Assembly (NCBI GenBank): GCA_049974095.1
Contig: JBMFJD010000002.1
Coordinates: 1-32,000 of the forward strand
Origin: Nanopusillaceae archaeon
GTDB taxonomy: Archaea > Nanobdellota > Nanobdellia > Nanobdellales > Nanobdellaceae
Direction: 5' to 3'
Length of the DNA: 32,000 bases
Below are positions 7,655 through 16,622 of the stretch, one piece after another. The notes under the pieces are model-generated. The model searched no databases. It was given only the letters and a program-made list of their open reading frames with translations, and was not told where the DNA came from. The translations under genes and the position numbers were made by a program. Positions within the stretch are counted from its first letter, which is position 1, and each line of letters starts with the position of its first letter.

Positions 7655-8128
7655 ATGGATAAGGAAAAAATATTATTAAATATATTATTCTTTGTATTTG
7701 TAATTCCAATGATATACCTAATATATTATTCATATACTACATTTTTTAAGAATCAGAAAGCAATAAATCCAGCAAATCCTTACAATTTATATATTTCAAA
7801 TTTTACAGTAGGAAATAATTCTTTTTCTTTCTTTATTGATAATCCTAGCAACTATTCTTTACAATTATATTTTACATACTTAGGATTAAAAAACTCTTAT
7901 CAAACATCTTCAGTAATTACAAATTTTAATAATAATAATACTATTTATTATTTATCTCCGGGTGGAAAAATATATATAAGTTATGATTTTTCATTTGATG
8001 AAGATACAAGAACTGTCTTAGTACAATGGGAAAGGCTTAGGGGATATTTATATATATCTTTATATTATACAACAATTGGAAACAAATCTATAAATGGAAT
8101 AATAAATTATGAAATAGAAAAAAGTTAG
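7655..8128 (+). CDS. Small N-terminally anchored protein (157 aa), unknown function
   Basis: MDKEKILLNILFFVFVIPMIYLIYY, then a beta-rich N/S/Y domain with sequons (NFT, NNS, NYS, NNT, NKS). It has the same architecture as the 448-7081 cluster proteins. Confidence 0.6.
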   Translation: MDKEKILLNILFFVFVIPMIYLIYYSYTTFFKNQKAINPANPYNLYISNFTVGNNSFSFFIDNPSNYSLQLYFTYLGLKNSYQTSSVITNFNNNNTIYYLSPGGKIYISYDFSFDEDTRTVLVQWERLRGYLYISLYYTTIGNKSINGIINYEIEKS

Positions 8129-9312
8129 ACTCTATCCAAATCGCTTATTGTAAATATCTTTACTTTATTACTACTTTTTTGTATACTATCTAAACAAACA
8201 ACATATTTTATATTTGTATTTTTTTCAATTAATTCTAATAATTCTCTAGTTAATATTCCATCCATTACTAAATAAGATATATTTGGACTTTTTATTAATA
8301 TTTCATCCAATTTATCAACAGGTACTTTATTTATTATATTAAAGTTATCATCTAATAATACTGCTTGATCAGTTTTGAATGCATTCTCAGCATGTACCTT
8401 CAATTTTTGTAATGCAGGATCTTTTATTTTCTTTTCTTCTCTCATTACTTTTAATTCTTCAATAGTTCCTTCTAATTTCTCATAATATGATTTTACTTGA
8501 TCAAATGAAACTCTATTTTTCAATGCTTTCATTATTTCTTTTCTAGATAATTCTTCTACTTCTTTTCCAGGATCTGGTTTTGCTACAAAATCTATATCAA
8601 CACCACTTAGCATACATTCTTTTACTAATAAATCTCCTCCTCTATCTCCATCAAAAAATGTTGTTACAATTTTTTTCTTTGATAATTCAATTATTGTTTT
8701 TGGAACATTTAATCCATTTAATGCAATTACATTTGTAATTCCATATCTTAATAGATTTAATACATCTGCTCTTCCTTCTACTAATATTATTTCCTCAGAT
8801 CTATCAACATCAGGGCCTGCAGGTAATTTTTCCTGTCCATATTCAATTAATGTTTTCATATTTTGTGAATATTCTAAATATAATAATAATTCTTTTGGAT
8901 CTGGCAATTCTTCATTTACTAATCTATTTAATAATTCTCTTGCTCTTTCCAATATATGTTGTACTTTTGTTTTTCTTACATCCTCTATTTTTTGTACTTT
9001 TATTGTTGCATGTGTTGGTCCAATTCTTGTTACAGTTTCTAATGTTGCTGCTATTAATGATGTCTCAAATCTATTTAAACTTGTTGGTATTCTTATTTCT
9101 CCAATAGTTTTATCATTTTCTACCTTTAAATCTACCTCAATTCTTCCCACCTTTCCAGATCTTTGCAATTCCCTTAAATCCATTTCAGATCCCAATAATC
9201 CTTCTGTTTGTCCAAATATTGCTCCTATTACATCCGGTTTCTCAACTACCCCATCAATGTATACTGATGCATGTATAATATATTTAATATAAGGAGGTGA
9301 CATTTTCGCCAT
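8125..9312 (-). CDS. dnaG: Archaeal DnaG-type primase (TOPRIM)
   Basis: The N-terminus YIIHASVYIDGVVEKPDVIGAIFGQTEGLLGSEMDLRELQRSGKVGRIEV is the conserved archaeal DnaG signature. TOPRIM motifs VEGRADV and FFDGDRGGD are present. Confidence 0.92.
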   Translation of the reverse strand: MAKMSPPYIKYIIHASVYIDGVVEKPDVIGAIFGQTEGLLGSEMDLRELQRSGKVGRIEVDLKVENDKTIGEIRIPTSLNRFETSLIAATLETVTRIGPTHATIKVQKIEDVRKTKVQHILERARELLNRLVNEELPDPKELLLYLEYSQNMKTLIEYGQEKLPAGPDVDRSEEIILVEGRADVLNLLRYGITNVIALNGLNVPKTIIELSKKKIVTTFFDGDRGGDLLVKECMLSGVDIDFVAKPDPGKEVEELSRKEIMKALKNRVSFDQVKSYYEKLEGTIEELKVMREEKKIKDPALQKLKVHAENAFKTDQAVLLDDNFNIINKVPVDKLDEILIKSPNISYLVMDGILTRELLELIEKNTNIKYVVCLDSIQKSSNKVKIFTISDLDRV

Positions 9313-9396
9313 TAATATTATTTTTTAGAAAGATCTATAATTCTATTTATAAAACAATATAGTTGCTTTTTAGTGGTATAGGTAAATAAATATATG

Positions 9397-9404
9397 TATA
9401 AATA
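9397..9404 (+). promoter_or_regulatory. TATA box TATAAATA about 25 nt upstream of the fbp ATG (leaderless geometry)
   Basis: Its position relative to 9425. It lies in the 112-nt divergent spacer between dnaG and fbp. Confidence 0.4.
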
Positions 9405-9424
9405 ACAGGGTTGTATTATATTGT

Positions 9425-10588
9425 ATGGCAGATATTAGGAACAAGCAAGTAGCGGCATCAATGTCTCAGAATGAAAATAAAAAAATAACACTTAGTGTAA
9501 TAAAGGCAGATGTAGGAGGATTTGTAGGACATCACTTAGTACCTTCGGTATTGGAAGAAACTGCAGAAGGAGTATTAGATGAGGCTGTAGGAGAAACAAT
9601 ATTTGATTATGCAGTATCTCATGTAGGAGACGATTTAATTTTGATAATGTTGCATAATAAGGGGGATGACAATCCAGAAATACATGGATTAGCATGGAAA
9701 ACATTCTTAAAATGTACAGATGTTGCAAAAGAAATGGGTTTATATGGGGCAGGACAGGATTTATTATCAAATGCATTTTCAGGTAATGTAAGAGGTTTAG
9801 GACCAGGTGTTGCAGAAATGACATTTACTGTAAGACCATCAGAACCAGTAATTGTATTTGGTGCAGATAAAACAGAAGCAGGAGCATTTAATTATCCATT
9901 ATTCCAAATGTTTGCAAACCCATTTAATACAGCAGGATTGGTTATTGACCCAGATATGCATATGGGATTTAGATTTGAAATATGGGATTTAATAGAACAT
10001 AAGAGAGTATTTATGAATGTACCAGAAGAAATGTATGATGTATTAGCATTAATTGGATCTATTGAAAGATATGCAATAAAAAGAGTTTATCCAAAACCTG
10101 AACATAAATGGCCTGTAGATGAACCAATTGCTGTATCTTCTACAGAAAGATTATTTGAGGAAGCTGGAAGATATGTTGGAAAGGATGATCCTGTAATGGT
10201 TGTAAGGGCACAGAATGGTTTTCCAGCAGTAGGAGAAGTATTAGAACCATTTGCATTCCCATATCTTGTAGATGGATGGATGAGAGGATCTCATTGGGGT
10301 CCATTAATGCCAGTACCTGTTAAAATGGCACATCCATCAAGATTTGATGGTCCACCAAGGGTTGTTGCATTAGGATTCCAAATAAAGAATGAAAAATTAC
10401 ATGGACCAGAAGATATGTTTGATGATCCAGCATTTGACTATGCAAGAGAATTAGCAAATCAAATTGCAGATTATATGAGGAGACATGGACCATTTGAGCC
10501 ACATAGAGTATCATATGAAGATTTAGAATATACAACAATACCTGCAATATTAGAAAAGCTAAAGAACAGGTTTGAGAAATTACAATAG
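9425..10588 (+). CDS. fbp: Bifunctional fructose-1,6-bisphosphate aldolase/phosphatase (class V FBPase)
   Basis: Near full-length motif agreement with archaeal FBP A/P as I remember it: SVIKADVGGFVGHH, GQDLLSNAFSGNVRGLGPGVAEM, GKDDPVMVVR, GWMRGSHWGPLMPV, RFDGPPR, DYMRRHGPFEPHR. Confidence 0.97.
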   Translation: MADIRNKQVAASMSQNENKKITLSVIKADVGGFVGHHLVPSVLEETAEGVLDEAVGETIFDYAVSHVGDDLILIMLHNKGDDNPEIHGLAWKTFLKCTDVAKEMGLYGAGQDLLSNAFSGNVRGLGPGVAEMTFTVRPSEPVIVFGADKTEAGAFNYPLFQMFANPFNTAGLVIDPDMHMGFRFEIWDLIEHKRVFMNVPEEMYDVLALIGSIERYAIKRVYPKPEHKWPVDEPIAVSSTERLFEEAGRYVGKDDPVMVVRAQNGFPAVGEVLEPFAFPYLVDGWMRGSHWGPLMPVPVKMAHPSRFDGPPRVVALGFQIKNEKLHGPEDMFDDPAFDYARELANQIADYMRRHGPFEPHRVSYEDLEYTTIPAILEKLKNRFEKLQ

Positions 10589-10602
10589 TTTTTCATATTA
10601 TT

Positions 10603-10612
10603 TTTTAAATAT
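10603..10612 (+). promoter_or_regulatory. TATA box TTTTAAATAT about 26 nt upstream of the P1 start codon
   Basis: Its position relative to 10633, in a 44-nt spacer after fbp. Confidence 0.35.
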
Positions 10613-10632
10613 TTCTTTCTTTTAATTATTAC

Positions 10633-10950
10633 ATGGGTCTAGAATATATATATGCGGTATGGTTATTATATGAAGCAAAGAAGGAGATAAATGCGGAAAA
10701 TATAAAGAAGGTATTAACTTCTGTAGGAATAGAACCAAATGATGCAATGATAAATGCTGTATTAGCAAGTTTACAGGGAGTAGATTTAGAAAAAGTAAAG
10801 GAGGAATCATTATCAGTTGGAACAGTAGCAGCACAACCTGTACAACAAACACAGCAACCTACTCAACAAGAAAAGAAAGAGGAGAAGAAAGAAGAAGAAA
10901 AGAAGGAAGAGCAAGCATTAGAAGGATTATCCTCCCTATTTGGTTTCTAA
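10633..10950 (+). CDS. rpl12: Ribosomal stalk protein P1 (archaeal L12)
   Basis: MGLEYIYAVWLLYEAKKEINAENIKKVL, a flexible Q/E/K hinge, and the conserved C-terminal tail EGLSSLFGF. Confidence 0.93.
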   Translation: MGLEYIYAVWLLYEAKKEINAENIKKVLTSVGIEPNDAMINAVLASLQGVDLEKVKEESLSVGTVAAQPVQQTQQPTQQEKKEEKKEEEKKEEQALEGLSSLFGF

Positions 10951-10984
10951 AATTTATAAATTTTTAAATATATTTTAATTTAAG

Positions 10985-11845
10985 GTGAATGAAACAGATA
11001 AGATCTATAGGAATATTGTTAATATCAAAAGAGAATTAATTAAGCTTGGAGAAGAAAAAGAACATTTATATTCAAGAAAAAAAGTTTTATATAATGAAAG
11101 AAAAGAATTATTACAAAAATTAAAAGAATTGAGACAAAAGAAAGAAGAATATAGCAAAATATTGGATAACTTGATGGACGAAAGACAAAAAACATTAGAA
11201 AAATTAGAAGAATTAAAGAAAAAGCTAGATGAAATAAAACAAAAAAGAAAAGATGTATTTAAGAACAAAGATATATTAAAAGATATAAATAAATATAAAA
11301 AGGAATTGGAAACACTCGAATATGTATTGCAAACAGAAATTTTATCATATTCTCAAGAGAAAAAGATATGGAATAGAATTAAATACTTGAGAAAATTATT
11401 GGGAAAATATGAAGAAATTTCTTCTGTTTTAGAAGAAATTGATAAAATAAAACAAGAATATAATGCTTATAGGTCAAAATTATCAATTATTGGTCAAAAT
11501 ATAAGGAAGAATATTGATGAAAGAAAAGTTATAAAAGAGCAAATAAAGGAAATTAAAGAAAGATTATCAAATATAATGAATGAATATGCTACATTAAAAC
11601 AGCAAATTACAGATATAAAAGAAAAAATAAGAATATTAGAAGAAAAACTAAAAGAAGAATTGGAGAAATATGTAAGTAGAATGAGTCAAAAGCAATCAGT
11701 TGAAATTTCAAATGAAGAAAAGAATAAAATTATTGAAGAATATTCTAAGATACAACAAAAGATCATGGATGGAGGAGAATTATCTATGGATGATATTTTG
11801 GTTATGCAAAAATATGAATTATTAAAGAAAAAGGGTGCAATTTAA
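10985..11845 (+). CDS. K/E-rich coiled-coil protein (286 aa); GTG start
   Basis: Continuous heptad-like K/E/L/I composition. It may belong to the conserved archaeal coiled-coil protein family (COG1340-like), but I have not verified this. Confidence 0.6.
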   Translation: MNETDKIYRNIVNIKRELIKLGEEKEHLYSRKKVLYNERKELLQKLKELRQKKEEYSKILDNLMDERQKTLEKLEELKKKLDEIKQKRKDVFKNKDILKDINKYKKELETLEYVLQTEILSYSQEKKIWNRIKYLRKLLGKYEEISSVLEEIDKIKQEYNAYRSKLSIIGQNIRKNIDERKVIKEQIKEIKERLSNIMNEYATLKQQITDIKEKIRILEEKLKEELEKYVSRMSQKQSVEISNEEKNKIIEEYSKIQQKIMDGGELSMDDILVMQKYELLKKKGAI

Positions 11846-14456
11846 TTTAGAGAAATCATATCCTGTTAAATCTTTACAGTCTTTAGGATTATATAGAAAA
11901 AAATGTAAAATTTGTGGAAGATATTTTTGGACATTTGATAAAAATAGAGAAGTATGTGGAGATCATGAAAATTACAGCTTTATAAATAATCCTGTTGGTA
12001 AAAAAATAAGTTATAAAGAAGTATGGGAAAAATTTTCTAAATATTTTGAATCAAAAGGATATTTACCAATAAATAGATATCCTGTTGTTGCAAGATGGAG
12101 AGATGATATTGATTTTGTGATTGCATCAATTGCAGATTTTCAACCATGGGTTGTTGAGGGATATACAGATCCTCCTTCAAAAAAATTAGTTGTTCCTCAA
12201 TTTTGTCTAAGATTTAATGATGTTCAAAATGTTGGATTAACAGGTAGACATTATACAGGTTTTGTAATGATTGGACAACATGCATTTGTTAGTCCTGAAG
12301 AATATGATATAAATCAGTATTTTCTAGATCTATATTATTGGTTTGAAGATAATAATTTTCCAATGAATGAATTTTTATTTCATGAAGATAAATGGGAAGG
12401 TGGAGGAAACGGTGGAACATCAATAGAATTTTTTATAAGAGGATTAGAAGTTGCAAATCAGGTATATATGCAGTATAAAATAATAAATAATGAATGGAAA
12501 GAATTAGATAAATTAAAAGTATTGGATATGGGAATGGGACAGGAAAGATATGCATGGTTAGTAAATGGAACTCCTACATCATATGATATTGTATTTCCAA
12601 ATACAATAAAATTCCTATTAAATAATTTAAATAAAGAAATAGATTTAAACTTATTTGAAAAAATTTCTTCTTATTCATCTTTATTTGATTTTGAAAAAAA
12701 TGATTTAAAAGAATTTGAAAATTATTTGAGAAATAAAGGAATAGAACCCAGAGATATTGTAGAAATTATGAGTTCTATATATTCAATTGCTGATCATTCA
12801 AGATCATTATATATTTCAATTTCAGATGGTGCTTTACCATCAAATATTGGAGGAAATTATAATTTAAGGTTAATTTCAAGAAGAATGTTTTATTTTATTG
12901 ATAAATATTTTAATGTATCAAATATTGAGGAATTTTTGATGAAATTGTTTGAAAATATATCAAAAGATTGGTATGAAGAAAAAATAAAAGAAAATATAAA
13001 TGAAATAATTGAAATATTATTATATGAATATGAAAAATATAAACAAGTAAAAGAAAATGCAAAAAATATTCTAAAAAATCTAAAAAATGTTGATACAAAG
13101 AAAATATTTGAATTATATACATCTCATGGAATTAATTTAGAAATAATAAAAGATATAAGACCAGATATAAGTATTAATAAAGAAGAATTAAATAAATTAA
13201 TAGAAGAACATAAAGAAAAATCAAAAAAAGTAAAAGGAGAAGAAAAAATAGAATTAAATATAAATTATCCTGAAACAATAAAATCTTTTTACGATTCTTG
13301 GAAAAAATATTATGAAATTGGAAAATTATTGGGAAAAGAAATATATAAAGATAATATATATTTAATTTTAGATAAATCCATATTCTATCCAACAAAAGGA
13401 GGACAAATTCATGATACAGGTTATTTATTTAATTTAGATAAAATAAAAGAATTTAATAAAGAAATATTAAATAATTATGATTTCCCATACTATGTAAAAG
13501 AAATATTAGAAAATTATATGGAGGGAGATAAGAATAATAAAGAAGAATTTGAAAAATATTATTGTAAAGTAACTGATGTAATTGATTACAATAAAATAAT
13601 TTTATTAAAAATCGATAGGAATATTGAATGGGATAAAAATTCAAATATATTAGAAATAATTGATAAAGATAGAAGATATAGAATTTCAAGGCATCATACT
13701 GCAACTCATATTTTAACATCTGTATTAAGAAAAATATATGGAAAACATATATGGCAAGCTGGTGCGGAAAAAGATGAATATTATGGAAGATTGGATATAA
13801 CTCATTATAAAATCCCAAGTTATAGTGAAATAAAATTAATTGAAAATGAAGCAAATAAAATTATATTAGAAGGGAGAAAAATAAATAAATTTTATTTAAA
13901 AAGAAATGAAGCAGAAAAGAAATATGGATTTATAATATATCAAGGAGGATTTATTCCAGAAACAAATTTAAGGATTGTAGAAATTGAAAATACAGATGTA
14001 GAAGCATGTTCAGGTACCCATTTAGATAGTACATTAGAAGTTGGATTAATAAAAATTGTATCTGTAGAAAAAATTGCAGATGGAATAATTAGATTTATAT
14101 TTGTTGCTGGAGATAGGGTTATTGAAGAATTTGAAAATATAGAAGAGAAAATAAATAAAATAAAAGAAAAATATAATGTTGATATAAATAATTTGAATAA
14201 TTATATTGATAAAATAAATAAGGAAAGGGAAGAAAATTATAATAAATTAAATAGAATAATTGAAGATTATATAAGAAATAATATAAAGGATGGAAAATTA
14301 TATGGAGAAATAGATTTAGAAATAAAAGATGTAATAAAGTATGTATTAAAATATAAAAATCAAATAAATGAAATAGAATTAATATGTAAAGATGGAATTA
14401 TTTCCTCAAAAGAAGGAAACAAAAGAATAGATAAATTCTTTATCAAAAATAAATAA
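11835..14456 (+). CDS. alaS: Alanyl-tRNA synthetase, full length and contiguous (873 aa); GTG start, overlapping the upstream gene by 11 nt
   Basis: It has the archaeal N-terminal zinc motif CKICGRYFWTF...CGD, the class II core (FQPWV, FCLRFNDVQNVG, GMGQERYAW), and the editing-domain motifs HHTATHIL and CSGTHL. Confidence 0.93.
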   Translation: MQFNLEKSYPVKSLQSLGLYRKKCKICGRYFWTFDKNREVCGDHENYSFINNPVGKKISYKEVWEKFSKYFESKGYLPINRYPVVARWRDDIDFVIASIADFQPWVVEGYTDPPSKKLVVPQFCLRFNDVQNVGLTGRHYTGFVMIGQHAFVSPEEYDINQYFLDLYYWFEDNNFPMNEFLFHEDKWEGGGNGGTSIEFFIRGLEVANQVYMQYKIINNEWKELDKLKVLDMGMGQERYAWLVNGTPTSYDIVFPNTIKFLLNNLNKEIDLNLFEKISSYSSLFDFEKNDLKEFENYLRNKGIEPRDIVEIMSSIYSIADHSRSLYISISDGALPSNIGGNYNLRLISRRMFYFIDKYFNVSNIEEFLMKLFENISKDWYEEKIKENINEIIEILLYEYEKYKQVKENAKNILKNLKNVDTKKIFELYTSHGINLEIIKDIRPDISINKEELNKLIEEHKEKSKKVKGEEKIELNINYPETIKSFYDSWKKYYEIGKLLGKEIYKDNIYLILDKSIFYPTKGGQIHDTGYLFNLDKIKEFNKEILNNYDFPYYVKEILENYMEGDKNNKEEFEKYYCKVTDVIDYNKIILLKIDRNIEWDKNSNILEIIDKDRRYRISRHHTATHILTSVLRKIYGKHIWQAGAEKDEYYGRLDITHYKIPSYSEIKLIENEANKIILEGRKINKFYLKRNEAEKKYGFIIYQGGFIPETNLRIVEIENTDVEACSGTHLDSTLEVGLIKIVSVEKIADGIIRFIFVAGDRVIEEFENIEEKINKIKEKYNVDINNLNNYIDKINKEREENYNKLNRIIEDYIRNNIKDGKLYGEIDLEIKDVIKYVLKYKNQINEIELICKDGIISSKEGNKRIDKFFIKNK

Positions 14457-14491
14457 AAATTTATTAATAAGGAAGAAGTCACTATTTTTTT

Positions 14492-15218
14492 ATGAAAGTA
14501 GATGCAATAATAATTGGTGGAGGCGGTGGAGGATATCCAGGAGCATTTATATTGGCAAGATCAGGATATAATATTGCATTAATTGATGAAAAAGGAAAAT
14601 GTAGAAAAGAAAATAAGTGCAGGATTGGTTATATTAGCTACAGGTAGACAACCTGTAAAACCTGAAGGGATAGAAAAATTGGGATTAAATATGGATAATA
14701 AGGGAAATATAATAGTTGATGACGGAATGAGAACAAATATTCAAAATGTATTTGCTACAGGAGATGTAAATGGAAAAGCACCATATTTTCATGCAGCAGT
14801 TAGGATGTCTATTGCAGCAGCAAATAATATTATGTCAAAGTATTTTAATACAGATTATGTAGATATTAAAAGTATACCTGTAACAGTATTTGCATTTCCT
14901 CCAGCATCATATGTTGGTTTAACGGGATCTGAATTAAAGAAGAGAGGAATTGAATATATTGAGGCATCATATGATTTAAGTAAAGATGTAGAAGGACAGG
15001 TATATGAAGAAGATTTCGGGAAATTAAAATTATTCTTTGAGAAGGGAACATTGAGATTATTGGGGGGATGGGTTGTAGGAATAAATGCAGAAACGATAAT
15101 AAATGAAATTGGATTAGCAGTATCAAAAGAATTAACTGCAAGAGATCTAGCAAACTTTGCAGAACAGCATCCAATAACAAATGAATTAATATCATATACT
15201 GCAAGAAAAATATTATGA
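14492..15218 (+). pseudogene. Decayed pyridine nucleotide-disulfide oxidoreductase (dihydrolipoamide dehydrogenase-like): frameshifted, with a large internal deletion
   Basis: The frame from 14492 gives MKVDAIIIGGGGGGYPGAFILARSGYNIALIDEKG (the FAD Rossmann motif) and then stops at 14645-14647. A different frame (14583-15218) encodes only the last part (ILATGRQP...VFATGDVNGK plus the dimerisation domain ending HPITNE). The redox-active Cys pair and the NAD(P)-binding domain are missing. The total span is about 730 nt, whereas the family normally needs about 1350 nt. Confidence 0.65.
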
Positions 15219-16622
15219 ATAATTTTCTTTTATTAGGTCTTCAATAAATTTATACCAATATTTTTCTCTTTTTTTATATAGAAAGAGATAATCAATATAC
15301 AAGAAAATAAATAGAAGAAAAATAAATGAAATTGTTGAATAAAAGAGATTATTAATAATGAATGGTATCATATCAATAATTATATATGAAGATAAAATAA
15401 TTACCATAAGAAATTGTTTAATATCTAATCTTGTAAATTGTCTATCATATAAGAATCCTTTGTATTGCGGATTTAGTTTTCCTGCATAATACCATGATGG
15501 AATAACAATTATTATTGGAAATAAAATTAATGAATAAATAGAATAAATATATAATAAGCTCTTTTTTATTAAAAATAATAAAAAGAAAATTATTATCCAT
15601 GGGAATATTATTTTATAACTATTTATTATCCTATATTTCATTTTCTTAACTATATAATCTATATAATAATAATTTCCAGCATTTATCCATATTCTTTCAA
15701 ATCCTATTGATAGTTCCAATCCTATAGAAAAAATATATAATAAAAGGAAAAGAAAATATGATAAAAAAGATATATTAAGGAAGAAAAAGGAAATAATTGA
15801 AAAAATTATTGATGTAATTAACAATTTATTTATATAAATATTTGTTATTTCTTTTATTGGATCTTTTTTAAATACAGATTTTCTCTTTTTAAATATATCA
15901 ATAATTTCTTCAGAATAAAATGAATAAGAATTTATATAAAATTCATTAATGTTTTTTCTTGAAGAGAAATATATTAAAAAAAGATAAAATAGAAGGAAAA
16001 GTATTGAATAATATTTTGTAAAGAAAATATTTATTTCTGGAGAATAAAATATATTAACAATTAATAAAGAAATAATTGGAATAGAATAAATTATCTTTTT
16101 AATTATATTTTCTGGTAAGTATGTTATTAAAGAAACAATAAATGAAAAAATAAGAGAATTTATTAAAGTAAATATTAATGAAGTAAATAATAATTGGTGG
16201 AAATAATATAAATAGTAAATATAAGATAAAAAGAAAGGTAAAATAATAAAATAAATGAAGAATAAAAAAGAAATTGATTTATAAATTATAAATTTATTTA
16301 TATCTATATTTGAAGATAAAATAAAATCAATTTCTGATTTAGAATAAGTAATATTTCCATATAAATTTATTTTTGAATTTCCAGTATATATTCTTAGGAT
16401 TATAATAAAAATATTTGTTAAAATTAAAATAAAGGAAATCCACAATAAAGATCCAATTGATGTATATATAAATAAAAAGTTAAAATAATTCTTTGGTGTA
16501 ATTTTTGTTAAAGAAAGAAAAATAAATAATAAGAATGGAAAATATATTAAAATAAAATAAAGGATTAGATATAAAATAATTTGTCCCTTACTATACATAT
16601 CTTTAAATATGAATCTTATCAT
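15213..16622 (-). CDS. Polytopic membrane protein (469 aa), putative permease partner of the adjacent ABC ATPase
   Basis: About 10 or more hydrophobic helices with extreme I/F/L/Y composition. An ATGA overlap links it to the upstream ABC ATPase gene. I recognise no family motif. Confidence 0.65.
   Translation of the reverse strand: MIRFIFKDMYSKGQIILYLILYFILIYFPFLLFIFLSLTKITPKNYFNFLFIYTSIGSLLWISFILILTNIFIIILRIYTGNSKINLYGNITYSKSEIDFILSSNIDINKFIIYKSISFLFFIYFIILPFFLSYIYYLYYFHQLLFTSLIFTLINSLIFSFIVSLITYLPENIIKKIIYSIPIISLLIVNIFYSPEINIFFTKYYSILFLLFYLFLIYFSSRKNINEFYINSYSFYSEEIIDIFKKRKSVFKKDPIKEITNIYINKLLITSIIFSIISFFFLNISFLSYFLFLLLYIFSIGLELSIGFERIWINAGNYYYIDYIVKKMKYRIINSYKIIFPWIIIFFLLFLIKKSLLYIYSIYSLILFPIIIVIPSWYYAGKLNPQYKGFLYDRQFTRLDIKQFLMVIILSSYIIIDMIPFIINNLFYSTISFIFLLFIFLYIDYLFLYKKREKYWYKFIEDLIKENYS

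Noticed and set aside
7650-7733. Longer taw3 start at 7733
   Set aside because: It would add 28 hydrophobic or odd residues (MNNILGISLELQIQRIIYLIIFFPYPYI) and overlap the divergent gene start by 79 nt. The 7649 start gives an N-terminus whose length and pattern match Taw3 homologues I recall.
9492-9824. Antisense ORFs within fbp (9492-9824, 10320-10547) and within rpl12 (10622-10852)
   Set aside because: They lie opposite highly conserved genes and have the low-complexity L/H/P composition typical of shadow frames.
10850-10915. Purine-rich repeat (gaaaagaaagaggagaagaaagaagaagaaaagaaggaagag)
   Set aside because: It encodes the Lys/Glu-rich flexible hinge of stalk protein P1. It is not a DNA repeat element or a CRISPR array.
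13453-13854. 133-aa antisense ORF inside alaS, along with 12910-13122 and 13174-13395
   Set aside because: These are Leu/Phe/Ile/His/Tyr-rich mirror images of Lys/Glu/Asn-rich coding sequence. They are fully contained in a confidently identified gene and have no independent signal.
11835-14456. Looked for a split point, intein or frameshift in alaS
   Set aside because: The frame is continuous and all domains are in order. I saw no intein motifs such as a C-terminal HN followed by Cys, Ser or Thr.
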